A stretch of DNA of 64,000 nucleotides from Candidatus Aminicenantes bacterium (GTDB taxonomy: Bacteria > Acidobacteriota > Aminicenantia > Aminicenantales > JAFGBC01), in assembly GCA_963702005.1 (NCBI GenBank), contig OY969696.1, positions 2,870,556 to 2,934,555 on the forward strand, written 5' to 3'. Positions 18,598 to 27,987 of this stretch are shown here, piece by piece. The notes beneath the pieces are model-generated. The model was not told the DNA's origin, did no database searches, and worked only from the letters and a program-made list of their open reading frames with translations. Both the position numbers and the translations under genes were made by a program. Within the stretch, counting starts at the first letter, position 1, and each line of letters starts with the position of its first letter.

Positions 18598-18953
18598 TCG
18601 CCGTCGTCGTTTGTCTGATCGGCATGCTCGTTCTCCAAGTCGTCACGCCTTACTGGTGGTGGGCCATGCTCGTCCCCTTCGCCTACGGCGTCGCGGGCGC
18701 CGGGCCGCCGAGAAAAGCGCTCGGCACGGGATTCGCCTCGGCAGGGCTCCTCTGGCTGGGGGGGAGCGTCTATTATTTTCTGACCGGAAGCCGGACGATC
18801 GCGCAGCGCACGGCGAATATGATCGGGCTCGGGAATCCTTGGCTTTTGATCCTGGCGACGGGCCTCATCGCGGCCGTGGCCGCCGCCGTCTCGGCCTACG
18901 CCGGCTACGCCGTCAAGACGCTCCTGAAGCGCCGTCCCGCCGGGAAGGAATAA
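18594..18953 (+). CDS. small polytopic membrane protein, function unknown
   Basis: 119 aa with 3-4 hydrophobic helices. The ATG overlaps the acylase stop (ATGA). Confidence 0.5.
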   Translation: MIAVVVCLIGMLVLQVVTPYWWWAMLVPFAYGVAGAGPPRKALGTGFASAGLLWLGGSVYYFLTGSRTIAQRTANMIGLGNPWLLILATGLIAAVAAAVSAYAGYAVKTLLKRRPAGKE

Positions 18954-18960
18954 ACCGACC

Positions 18961-19815
18961 TCACTCTTCGGCGAAATGGGAGTACTTGACCTTGACGTCC
19001 CGGCCGTTCGTTTCCACCGTCACGTGGTAATGCTCGTCGGTCCGGAAGACGGTCCGGTCCAGCCTCTGAAAAAGGTCGACGACCTCTTTATGGGGATGGT
19101 GGAAGGGCCGGATATGGCTGCTGATTCCCAGGAGAGCCCCGCCGGGACAATTATCGACCCAGGGGGTCGTATGGGCCGGCTCCAGGAAAGTCCCGTTCAC
19201 GGAGCCGTGGTGGGGGACCTTGAAAAACCGGGTGTCGGCGGGCAACGCTCCGATTTTTTGCCAGACCTCCCCTTCGGCGTCCCCGGTCAGAAGGAACGTC
19301 ACCTGGTCCAAGGTGAGGGCCAGGACGACCGAATTGTTGTTTTCGTTCACCGCGTCGATGTTCTCCTCGCCCTGGCTATAAGGCGGCCAGAGGAATCGTC
19401 CCGTCGCCGGCCCGAAGGCGGGAAAGTCCTTGTCCGAGTTCACGGCCTCGTGGAAGCCGACGTTGTCGGAACGGTTGGCGAAGCGGATGAGCTCGGACAG
19501 GCCGCCCGGGGCGATGGTCTTCGGATACCAAAACGCTTTCGTCCCGTACTCCCTCATGATCTTCTTCAGCCCGTCGCCGTGATCGGCGTGGAAGTGGGTC
19601 AGGATGACGAAATCGAAGACCGGCTTGTCCTCGGGCAGCTGGACCTGCGAGCGTTCGAAGTACCGCTTCAGAAAAATGAACGATGAGCAAATATTCTCCT
19701 GGTCGTTGGAGTCGATCAGCCCGTAGCGGGGCCGGGGGGCGCCCTCGGTTTCGGCCTCGATAAAGATCGAATCCCCCCAGCCGACGTCGATCAGGGTCAC
19801 CTTGAGCGTATTCAT
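18961..19815 (-). CDS. stand-alone MBL-fold metallo-hydrolase of the ComEC C-terminal type
   Basis: 284 aa: TLIDVGWGDSIFIE, ILTHFHADHGDG (HxHxDH), LLTGDAEGEVW, FKVPHHGS. No membrane or competence domain is present. Confidence 0.8.
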   Translation of the reverse strand: MNTLKVTLIDVGWGDSIFIEAETEGAPRPRYGLIDSNDQENICSSFIFLKRYFERSQVQLPEDKPVFDFVILTHFHADHGDGLKKIMREYGTKAFWYPKTIAPGGLSELIRFANRSDNVGFHEAVNSDKDFPAFGPATGRFLWPPYSQGEENIDAVNENNNSVVLALTLDQVTFLLTGDAEGEVWQKIGALPADTRFFKVPHHGSVNGTFLEPAHTTPWVDNCPGGALLGISSHIRPFHHPHKEVVDLFQRLDRTVFRTDEHYHVTVETNGRDVKVKYSHFAEE

Positions 19816-19826
19816 CGTCCCGCTCC

Positions 19827-20417
19827 TCAGACCGATTCCCGGTAAGTCAGGGCCCGGCTCTTGTCGGCACTATATTTGGCCCGGGCCGCCGCGATATGAC
19901 TCAGGGACCAGTCGCGGAAAACCCGGGTCTCGATTTCCGAAAAACGAAGCGACCCGCTCGGGCCCGCGTTGATCGCGTCGAACGACGCCGGCGTCAGCCG
20001 GCCGGCCCGGAAACCTTGGGCTTTCAGGAAGAGCGGCGCGTCGATCCGGTAGACATCCCCCCGCGCGGCCGGCCTGTCTTCGAACAAGCCGGAGGGCAGC
20101 CAGACATCGTTGATATCGATGAAGAGGTCCGGGCTGGCTTCGATCGTCTCGAACAGGCCGTCGATCGAGGCCGGCGTGTCGAAGAAGGAGCGCCGCCGCG
20201 ACGGCGCCGTAATGACGCCGGACAAGCCGAGAAGCAGGAACGGGATCCGTCGTTGTTTCAGCTCCAGGCACCAGGCGTCGGAAGGTCCGTCGGACTCGAT
20301 CGAGAAATAGGTGCAGCGGATCATGGTTAAAGCCGCCTCCGCCTTGCGGTCGTCAAAGAAGACGGGGATCGAGCCGCCCGACCTCGAACCGAAAATCCGG
20401 AAAAGCTTTCCCTTCAT
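19827..20417 (-). CDS. hypothetical protein (196 aa), no recognisable motif
   Basis: The ORF has SD GGGGAGG upstream and sits 11 nt upstream of the MBL gene. Codon and GC style is like the neighbouring genes. Confidence 0.6.
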   Translation of the reverse strand: MKGKLFRIFGSRSGGSIPVFFDDRKAEAALTMIRCTYFSIESDGPSDAWCLELKQRRIPFLLLGLSGVITAPSRRRSFFDTPASIDGLFETIEASPDLFIDINDVWLPSGLFEDRPAARGDVYRIDAPLFLKAQGFRAGRLTPASFDAINAGPSGSLRFSEIETRVFRDWSLSHIAAARAKYSADKSRALTYRESV

Positions 20418-20443
20418 CGCCCACCTCCCCGATTATCGCTTAT

Positions 20444-20472
20444 ACGATAGGTCCGGACCGGGCCCTTGTCAA
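20444..20472 (-). promoter_or_regulatory. sigma70-like promoter candidate for the hypothetical/MBL operon
   Basis: Minus strand TTGACA (20472-20467) - 17 nt - TATCGT (20449-20444), about 26 nt upstream of the ATG. The spacer contains the palindrome GGTCCGGACC. Confidence 0.4.
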
Positions 20473-20474
20473 GC

Positions 20475-22619
20475 TTAACGCGAAACGGGCCGCTTGGCCT
20501 CTTCCGTCCAAATCAGGACATCGGCGGGGCGGAGCGGGCTCTCGCCGAAGATGATCCGGGCGCCCGCCGGGATGGGGACTGAAACGGACTCGGACGAGTA
20601 ATTGACCGCGACGAAGAAGCCGTCGCGCCATTCGACATAGAGGCCGGGCGGATAATCCTCGACCGCGACCCCGGCCCGTTCGAAAACCGTCCTCAGCAGG
20701 CGCCTTTCGAGCGCCCCGTCTTTGCTGTCGACGCCGATATAAGTGACGCTCCCCTTGCCCAGGCGCCGCCTGACCGCGGCCGCCTTCCCGGCATAGAATT
20801 GGTTCGCGTATTCGGCGAGGACCTCGGTCCCGGCGCCGGGGGCCGGCTTCAAGACGTCAGCCCAGGCGTTCCATTCGTACTCGGCGTCGCCCATTTTGAC
20901 GAGTCCCCGGCCGTTCTCGAGGAGCAGATCGAAGAATTCGATGTCGGCGCCGATAAGAGGCAGGATCGGGCCCGCCCAAGGAGCTTCCCAAAGGTGACCG
21001 TTCCTGTCTTTTTGGCCGGTGCGGCAGGTTAAGACGAGATGACCGCCCTTTTCGACGTACGCTTGCCAGCGTTCGATAAGCCCCTTGTCGATGAGCTGGT
21101 AGGCTGGGGCGATCAGGAAGGGATAGCCCGCGAAATCGTCGCTTTCTCCGATCATGTCAACCGGCGCGCCCAAGGACTTCGCCGCGGACTGATATTTGAA
21201 GCGGTGGGCCCAGGTGTCCCAGAGGGCGGTCTCCTTGTGATTCTCGATGTCCCACAGGTTGTCGTGGCTCCAGAGGATGGCCGTCCTGCGCGCGGCCAAG
21301 CGGTCCGGCATCACGGCCCTGGGATCGTAGATCGACCTCAGCGTTTTCATCTCCTTGGCGACCCGGGCGTACTCGAGGCCGCCCCGGGACGGAGTGACCC
21401 CGTCCGGACCGACGATGCAGGTGTGATAGAGCTCGCTCCCGAAGAGCGGCTGGCGATATCGGTAGGTACAGGCGAATGAGCAGCCGCCCCCGAAGGCGTG
21501 CCAGAGCCACATCCTGACCGCGCCCGGCATCGGCTGGGGATTGATGCGAGCCCAGTTGATCTGTCCGGGCTGGAGCTCCATGACGCCGGTGACGCCTTTG
21601 ATCGGCCTAAAATAATCCAGGGCCGAGGCAAGCCGATAAGGAGAGCCCAGCCGGAACCCGTCCGGTCCCAGCCCGTCCTCGCCCCGGATCGGGTACATCG
21701 TGAAGGCGACGAAGTCGAGGCGGTCGGTCCGGCGCGGGTCGGCGGATGAAGTCACGTTGATGTAGTTTGTCGTAACCCATTGCTCGGGCCGGATGTGTTT
21801 CTTGAGGATGTCATATTGAAGAAGCAGGAAGCCGGCCTGAAGGTCAGCCGTGAACCGCTTGAAATCGAGGACGGCATGGGGGCTCATCTCATCGCCGCCG
21901 AAGAGAGTCTCGTTGGGGATGAGGACCTGCTCGAACGAATCGTATCGGGTGCTCCAGAAAGCGCCTCCCCAAGCTTGATTGAGCCCGGCGATGGTCCCAT
22001 ATTTGGCCCGGAGCCATTCCTGGAATTTCCGGCGCGCCGCCGGGCTGTAGTCGGCCGGTGCTTCGGGCTCGTTATCGATCTGCCAGCCCCAGACCCGAGG
22101 GTCCTGGCCGTAGCGCTCGGCCAAGGCGTTGACGATCTTCCGGGTGTAGGAGACGAAGACGTCATCGGCCAGAGAACCGTTCGCCCGCGTCCCGTGCTCC
22201 TTGCGCCGGCCGTCGGGCCCGACGAGATAGATCTCGGGGGTCTTCTCCCCCATCCAGCCGGGCGGACAGGGCGTCGGCGTGCAGAGGACGACCTTGAGCC
22301 CGTGTTTGGCGGCGAGGGCGATCGCTTCGTCGAGCCAGCCGAAATCATAGCGGCCCGGCGCGGGCTCGAGGAAGGCCCAAGCGAACTCGGCGAAGTGCGT
22401 AAATTCGAAGCCCAGTCCGGCCATGTTCTTGAAGTCGCGCTCCCACTGCTCGCGGGGCCAGTGCTCGGGGTAGTAGTAGACCCCGATGGTCATCAAATCC
22501 TGTTTCGGGAAGAAGCGCTGGGCATCCCGGGCTTGACCGCTGACGGGGTCGGCTCCGGAGGCGATGACGGCGGCGGCGAAGACCAGGATTGCGGCGAAAA
22601 CGCTCAGGGTGCTCTTCAT
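20475..22619 (-). CDS. GH42 beta-galactosidase, secreted
   Basis: 714 aa with a signal peptide. Motifs: GVYYYPEHWPREQWERD, FAEFAWAFLEP, WQIDNEP, LQPGQINW. Confidence 0.9.
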   Translation of the reverse strand: MKSTLSVFAAILVFAAAVIASGADPVSGQARDAQRFFPKQDLMTIGVYYYPEHWPREQWERDFKNMAGLGFEFTHFAEFAWAFLEPAPGRYDFGWLDEAIALAAKHGLKVVLCTPTPCPPGWMGEKTPEIYLVGPDGRRKEHGTRANGSLADDVFVSYTRKIVNALAERYGQDPRVWGWQIDNEPEAPADYSPAARRKFQEWLRAKYGTIAGLNQAWGGAFWSTRYDSFEQVLIPNETLFGGDEMSPHAVLDFKRFTADLQAGFLLLQYDILKKHIRPEQWVTTNYINVTSSADPRRTDRLDFVAFTMYPIRGEDGLGPDGFRLGSPYRLASALDYFRPIKGVTGVMELQPGQINWARINPQPMPGAVRMWLWHAFGGGCSFACTYRYRQPLFGSELYHTCIVGPDGVTPSRGGLEYARVAKEMKTLRSIYDPRAVMPDRLAARRTAILWSHDNLWDIENHKETALWDTWAHRFKYQSAAKSLGAPVDMIGESDDFAGYPFLIAPAYQLIDKGLIERWQAYVEKGGHLVLTCRTGQKDRNGHLWEAPWAGPILPLIGADIEFFDLLLENGRGLVKMGDAEYEWNAWADVLKPAPGAGTEVLAEYANQFYAGKAAAVRRRLGKGSVTYIGVDSKDGALERRLLRTVFERAGVAVEDYPPGLYVEWRDGFFVAVNYSSESVSVPIPAGARIIFGESPLRPADVLIWTEEAKRPVSR

Positions 22620-22719
22620 GAAGACCTCCCGATCGGGCTATTGTATCCCGGACCGAAAATAACGGCTTTCTCTATTGAGATTCCGCCCCACGTTCATTAT
22701 ACTCGGCCGGGGCCTCCCG

Positions 22720-23898
22720 ATGAACAAGGCTTTCGTGATGGTCGAGCCGGCCAAGGATTACGGCTCGACTCGGATCGAAAGCGCGGTCCGGAGCTGTTTT
22801 GGGTCTCTGGGGCGCTGGGGACTGACGGTCCGCCCGAGGTCGCGGGTTTTCGTTAAGATCAACGCCCTCTCGTCCCGGCGGAACCCGGAGTCGGCCGTCA
22901 ACACCCATCCGGCGGTTCTGCGCGAGGTCCTTCGTTGCCTCTTGGAGCTGGACGCAAATCCCCTGGTGGGTGACGACGTCAACGCCGGGCGCGAAGATCC
23001 GTTCCTAATCCCCGGGCAGCGCGCCGTCTGCCGGGAGCTAGGCGTCCGGCTCGTCAACCTGCGCGAGGCCGGCTTCCGGGAAATCAAGATCGAGGGACGC
23101 CGCCTCCAATCCGTCTTTGTTTCACGCCCGGTCCTCGAAGCGGACTTTATCATCAACGTCCCCAAGCTTAAGACCCACTCTCTGACCGGGCTCACTTGCG
23201 CCGTCAAGAACATGTACGGCGTCCTCCCGGCCGGCGAACGCCTCCGCCTCCACCGGCTGTTCCCGATGAACGAGCCGTTTTGCGAGGTCCTCGTCGATAT
23301 ATTCGCGGCGGTCAAGCCTCACTTCCAGATCTGTGACGCGGTGACGGCCATGGAGGGCGAAGGACCGTCCGGGGGGCATCCCCGGGCCGTCGGCTGCATC
23401 CTGGCCGGCCGGGACGCGTTCGCCCTCGACGCCGTCGCCTCCCATCTCACCGGCATCCGTCCGCTTGACGTCGCCACAACCCGGATCGGGCACGAACGCG
23501 GGTTGGGACAGGGAGACCTCGACCGGATCGAAACGTCCGGCGTGTCGATTGAAGAGCTCCGCGTCCCGGATTTTAAACACTCCATCGTCGCTTTCTCGTT
23601 CTTGAGGAGACGGCTCCCCTCCTCCCTCTACGCCTGGGTTCAGGGCGAGCTGGTCATGACGCCCGAAGTCGATCCCTCCCTGTGCATCCTCTGCCGCGAT
23701 TGCATGGCTATCTGTCCGCAGCGCACCATTCACGAGCGCGACGAGAAAGCCTGGGTGGACCCGAGCCGCTGCATCCATTGCCTCTGCTGCCACGAGGCCT
23801 GCCAGGCGCGGGCGATCCGGCTCAGGCGGACGCGATTCGGCGCTCTGATGGAGGGCGTCGCCTCGGCTTGGAGAATAGTCGCTCGGCTCCGCAGATAA
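22720..23898 (+). CDS. DUF362 domain protein with C-terminal 2x[4Fe-4S] ferredoxin domain
   Basis: VFVKINAL...THPAVLREV...VPKLKTHSLTGLTCAVKNMYG; CILCRDCMAICP...CIHCLCCHEACQ. Confidence 0.8.
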   Translation: MNKAFVMVEPAKDYGSTRIESAVRSCFGSLGRWGLTVRPRSRVFVKINALSSRRNPESAVNTHPAVLREVLRCLLELDANPLVGDDVNAGREDPFLIPGQRAVCRELGVRLVNLREAGFREIKIEGRRLQSVFVSRPVLEADFIINVPKLKTHSLTGLTCAVKNMYGVLPAGERLRLHRLFPMNEPFCEVLVDIFAAVKPHFQICDAVTAMEGEGPSGGHPRAVGCILAGRDAFALDAVASHLTGIRPLDVATTRIGHERGLGQGDLDRIETSGVSIEELRVPDFKHSIVAFSFLRRRLPSSLYAWVQGELVMTPEVDPSLCILCRDCMAICPQRTIHERDEKAWVDPSRCIHCLCCHEACQARAIRLRRTRFGALMEGVASAWRIVARLRR

Positions 23899-23959
23899 GT
23901 GCCGAGGGACATTCCTTTTTTTTTGTGATAACATGAGGAAGGCCTTGTCAGGAGGAGAT

Positions 23960-25091
23960 ATGAACTTCGACCTATACTATAAGTCCCGCCAGGGCAAAAT
24001 GGTCAACGTCCTCAAGGAGATCGTCCGCCTCGAATCGCCGACCGGAGACCGCAAAGCCGTCAACGCCGCTTCCGCTTATGTCGTGGACGAGCTTCGCAGG
24101 ATCGGAGCCCGGCTCGTCCGCCTCCCCCAGAAGGAGATCGGCGACCTTCACATCGTCGAATACCCGGGCAAGCGGAATCCCGACCTCCACGACCAAATCC
24201 TGGTCCTGACCCACGCCGACACCGTCTGGCCCGTGGGCCAGATCCAAACCATGCCCTTCTACCTGACCGGGAATACGATCTTCGGGCCGGGCGTGCTGGA
24301 TATGAAGGCCGGCCTGGTCATGATCCTGTTCGCCCTCAAGACCATACACGAGCTCAACCTGACGCCCGCCAAAAAAATCGTCCTCTTCATCAACTCGGCC
24401 GAGGAAACCGGCCACAAAGCCAGCCACGACGAGATCGCCAAGCTCGCCAAACGCTCCGACCTCTGCCTCTGTCTCGAGCCGGCCCTCCCCGGCGGCGCCC
24501 TCAAGCTCGAGCGCAAGGGTCGGATGGTCATCCGCCTTGATGCCCGAGGCAAGGCCGCCCACGGCGGAACGCCCGAGAAAGGCGTCAACGCCATCGAAGA
24601 GCTCGTGCGCCAGATCCAGCGCCTGGACCGGCTCAAGAAAAACGAGACGACCGTCAACGTCGGGGTCATGGGCGGAGGCGCCAAAGCCAATATCGTCGCC
24701 GAACAGGCCTGGGTCATCCTCGACATCCGGTTCTGGACGAACGACGACAAGGACCGGATCAAGGCTTATTTCCGGGAGCTCAAGCCGACCAAGTCCGGCG
24801 CCCACATCAGGCATACCATCGAAAGCCTGACCCCACCCATGGAAAAGACCAAAGCCTCGGAGGAGCTATTCCAGGAGGCGAGGCGGGTCGCCAAGACGCT
24901 CGGACAGCGGCTCAGGGGCGGCAAATCGGGCGGCGGTTCGGACGCCTCGATCGCCGCCAACCTCGGCGTCCCAACCCTGGACGGACTGGGCCCGGACGGC
25001 GACGGTATCCACGCCGGGGATGAGCATCTTCTTCCTGACATCGCTGGTGGATCGGACGGCCCTCCTGACCCGGCTCCTGCTGGAGTTGTGA
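23960..25091 (+). pseudogene. M20 family metallopeptidase (carboxypeptidase G2-like), C-terminus frameshifted as sequenced
   Basis: SD AGGAGG precedes the ATG at 23960. Motifs: THADTVWP, GPGVLDMKAG, NSAEETG, GGGSDASIAA, GIHAGDEH. After about 25034 the family-typical tail LLTSLVDRTALLTRLLLEL* reads in the +1 frame (stop at 25089-25091). The listed frame gives proline-rich nonsense to 25171. Confidence 0.75.
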
Positions 25092-25147
25092 GTTCCGCGC
25101 ATCCATTCGGCTCCTTGTCGAGGCGCTCGGCCTCCTTCCGCAGCGGA

Positions 25148-25176
25148 TTGACACCCGACTCGGTCCTTTGATAATG
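25148..25176 (+). promoter_or_regulatory. sigma70-like promoter candidate for the aminotransferase/serA pair
   Basis: TTGACA - 17 nt - ATAATG, followed by SD AAGGAGG before the ATG at 25228. Confidence 0.4.
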
Positions 25177-25227
25177 TGGACAAGGTGATGAGTTTTACAC
25201 TTTTCATCATCTCCAAGGAGGAATTCT

Positions 25228-26373
25228 ATGATTAAAAAATATTACCTGCTCTCGCCCGGGCCGACGCCCGTCCCGGACAACGTCCTGTCGATCGCGGCCG
25301 AGCCGATTATCCATCACAGGACGCCCGAATTTTCCAAGATTTTCATGGAGGTCACGGAAGGCCTCAAGTCCGTCTTCGGGACCAAAGAGGACGTCTACAT
25401 CCTGACCTCGTCGGGCACCGGCGCCATGGAAACGGCCGTCGCCAACCTCCTCAGCCCCGGCGACAAGGTCCTGACGATCAACGGCGGCAAATTCGGCGAG
25501 CGCTGGGGGAATATCTGCAAGGCCTACGGCATCGCCCACAAGGAGATCGTCCTCGAGTGGGGCAAGGACTACGGCAAGGACCAGCTCGCCGCCGAGCTCA
25601 AAGCCAACCCCGACGCTAAGGCCGTTTTCTGCCAGCACTCGGAAACCTCGACCGGCGCCTACTTCGACATCCAGGGATTCGGCGAAGTCGTCGCCCAGAC
25701 GAACGCCGTCCTGGTCGTCGACGGCATTTCGGGGACGGGGGCCATGCCCTGCCCGATGGACGAGTGGAAGATCGACGTCCTCCTCTCGGGCTCCCAGAAG
25801 TCCTTCATGATCCCGCCCGGGCTGGCGTACATCGCCTTCGGCCCCAAGGCCTGGAAGCTGGTCGAAACCTCCAAGTGCCCCAAGTTCTACTTCGACATCA
25901 AGAAGGCCAAGAAAAACCTGGCCGATAAGACGACCCCCTGGACGCCGGGCATATCGCTCGTCATCCAGCAGAAGAAGGCTCTGGACATTATCACGGCCAT
26001 GGGCCTGGACAAGCTCTACGCCCATCACCGCATCCTGGCCGACGCGACCCGGGCCGGGGTCAAGGCCATCGGGCTGACACTCCTGGCCGATAAGCCGGGC
26101 AACATCCTGACCGCGGTCAAGACGCCGGACGGGGTCGATGGCGGCAAGATCGTCAAGACGATGCAGGGCAAATACATGGCCTACATCGCCGGCGCCCAGG
26201 ACCCGCACAAGGGCAAGTTCTTCCGGATCGCCCACTTGGGCTACATGGGCGGGTTCGACGTCGTCACGGCCCTGACCGCCCTGGAGATGACGTTCAACGA
26301 CCTCGGCTATAAATTCGAGACGGGCGCCGCGGTCAAGGCCGCCGAGCTCGTCCTCCGCGAGAACTGGGCTTGA
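25228..26373 (+). CDS. class V aminotransferase (alanine-glyoxylate / serine-pyruvate / phosphoserine aminotransferase type)
   Basis: 381 aa: LLSPGPTPVP, SGTGAMETAV, GSQKSFMIPPGLA (PLP lysine context). Confidence 0.85.
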   Translation: MIKKYYLLSPGPTPVPDNVLSIAAEPIIHHRTPEFSKIFMEVTEGLKSVFGTKEDVYILTSSGTGAMETAVANLLSPGDKVLTINGGKFGERWGNICKAYGIAHKEIVLEWGKDYGKDQLAAELKANPDAKAVFCQHSETSTGAYFDIQGFGEVVAQTNAVLVVDGISGTGAMPCPMDEWKIDVLLSGSQKSFMIPPGLAYIAFGPKAWKLVETSKCPKFYFDIKKAKKNLADKTTPWTPGISLVIQQKKALDIITAMGLDKLYAHHRILADATRAGVKAIGLTLLADKPGNILTAVKTPDGVDGGKIVKTMQGKYMAYIAGAQDPHKGKFFRIAHLGYMGGFDVVTALTALEMTFNDLGYKFETGAAVKAAELVLRENWA

Positions 26374-26389
26374 GACATAGGGGGTTATC

Positions 26390-27286
26390 ATGAAAAAAAT
26401 CCTCGTCGCCGATAAGCTCGATCAGGAATCCCTGGACCGGCTCAAGGCAATCCCGGGTTTCGAAGTCACCGTCAAGACGGGTCTGGACGAGGCCGCCCTC
26501 GTCCAGACCATTCCCGGCTTCAACGCGGTCGTCGTCCGAAGCGCGACCAAGATCACGCGCCCGGTCATCGAGGCCGCCCAAGGCTTGGAGATGATCGTGA
26601 GGGCCGGTATCGGGCTCGACAACGTCGACGCGGCCGCGGCCAAGGAGAAAGGGATCAAGGTCGCCAACACGCCCGCCGCCACGACGATCACGGTCGCCGA
26701 GCACACCTTCGGGCTCATGCTGGGCGCCGTCCGCCAGCACGGCCAGGCCAACCTGACCATGAAGCAGCACAAGTGGGAGAAGAAGGCGTTCAGCGGGAGC
26801 GAGCTCTACGGGAAAACGCTGGGCGTCATCGGGATGGGCCGGATCGGACAGGCCGTCGCCGAACGGGCCGTCGCCTTCGGGATGAAGGCCGTCGGCTACG
26901 ACATCATCCCCGTTCAGTCGAGCGTCATGAAGCAGGTCCCGCTCGACGAGCTGGTGGCCCAGGCGGACGTTATCACGCTCCACATCCCCAAGACGCAGGG
27001 CCCGGTCCTCGGCCCGGCCGAGTTCGCCAAGATGAAGAAGGGCGTCATCATCGTCAACGTCGCCCGGGGAGGGACGGTCGACGAGAAGGCGCTCCTCGAG
27101 GGGCTCGTCAGCGGCCGGGTCAGGGCCGCCGCCCTCGACGTCTTCAGCAAGGAGCCGCCCGAGGATTGGACGCTGATCGATCATCCCAACGTGACCGCGG
27201 CGCCCCACATCGGGGCCGCCACCGAGGAAGGCCAGAAGCGGGCCGGCCTCGAGGTCGTCAAGATCCTCAAGGAGAAACTCGCCTAG
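26390..27286 (+). CDS. serA: D-isomer 2-hydroxyacid dehydrogenase, short-form D-3-phosphoglycerate dehydrogenase-like
   Basis: 298 aa: GVIGMGRIGQAVAERA (NAD fold), VNVARGGTVDE, PHIGAAT. Adjacent to a class V aminotransferase. Confidence 0.75.
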   Translation: MKKILVADKLDQESLDRLKAIPGFEVTVKTGLDEAALVQTIPGFNAVVVRSATKITRPVIEAAQGLEMIVRAGIGLDNVDAAAAKEKGIKVANTPAATTITVAEHTFGLMLGAVRQHGQANLTMKQHKWEKKAFSGSELYGKTLGVIGMGRIGQAVAERAVAFGMKAVGYDIIPVQSSVMKQVPLDELVAQADVITLHIPKTQGPVLGPAEFAKMKKGVIIVNVARGGTVDEKALLEGLVSGRVRAAALDVFSKEPPEDWTLIDHPNVTAAPHIGAATEEGQKRAGLEVVKILKEKLA

Positions 27287-27309
27287 TAATAATTATCTTT
27301 GCCCGCTCC

Positions 27310-27845
27310 GGCTCTCAGACGGCGCAAGGCCTGTTTAAAACGGGAGCTGAAGCCTGCCCCGACTGAGAAGAACCAGTGCTGGAGCATGGATTTTATGTCG
27401 GACGAGCTTTTCGACGGCCGGCGGATCCGGATCTTAACGTTAATGGGAAGCCTCGAACGATCCAGGTCGACAACGGTCCCGAGTTCATCTCCAAGGATGT
27501 CGATCTGTGGGCTTACTGGAATCATGTGAAGCTTGACTTCAGCCGTCCCGGCAAGCCTACGGACAACGCTTATATCGAATCTTTCAATGCCAGGTTCCGG
27601 CTGGAGTGTTTGAATGAGCACTGGTTCATGAGTTTGGAGGACGCCCGGGAAAAAACGGAGGCATGGAGGCGGGACTACAGCCAGAACCGTCCGCACAGCT
27701 CACTAGGAAACGTGCCGCCGGAGGAATTTGCGACACGGAAAGGAGCCGCCGAAGCCGGAAAAATACGGCTCGAAGAGGCTAACAACGATGACTCACAAAA
27801 TATTTTTCTAACCTAAAAAATGGACCAAACCAGGGGGCAAGTCCG
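27310..27845 (+). mobile_element. IS3-family transposase (OrfB, rve) remnant with internal deletion and frameshift, plus right inverted-repeat-like end
   Basis: Two frames: ...NQCWSMDFMSDELFDGRRIRILT then GKPRTIQVDNGPEFISKDVDLWAYWNHVKLDFSRPGKPTDNAYIESFNARFRLECLNEHWF...RPHSSLGNVPPEEF. About 40-45 aa of the catalytic core and all of OrfA are missing. TGGACCAAACCAGGGGGCAAGTC (27821-27843) resembles an IS407-group terminal repeat in reverse. Confidence 0.75.
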
Positions 27846-27987
27846 AATGCTTGAAAACCTCACTACAGAGGTGGTACATTGAGCGGGGGTAGGTCAGTCC
27901 GGCCGGCGATACTATTCCATCGTGATCGGGAGGGGAGATTCATCACGCGGGGCGGCTTTTCACCACGTTATCTTAAGGAGGCGTGAG

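Noticed and set aside
23882-23924. Possible intrinsic terminator after the DUF362 gene (CTCGGC-13 nt-GCCGAG followed by T9).
   Set aside because: The stem is short with a large loop, and about 9 nt separate it from the T tract. That is too weak to call, although the T9 run is unusual for this DNA.
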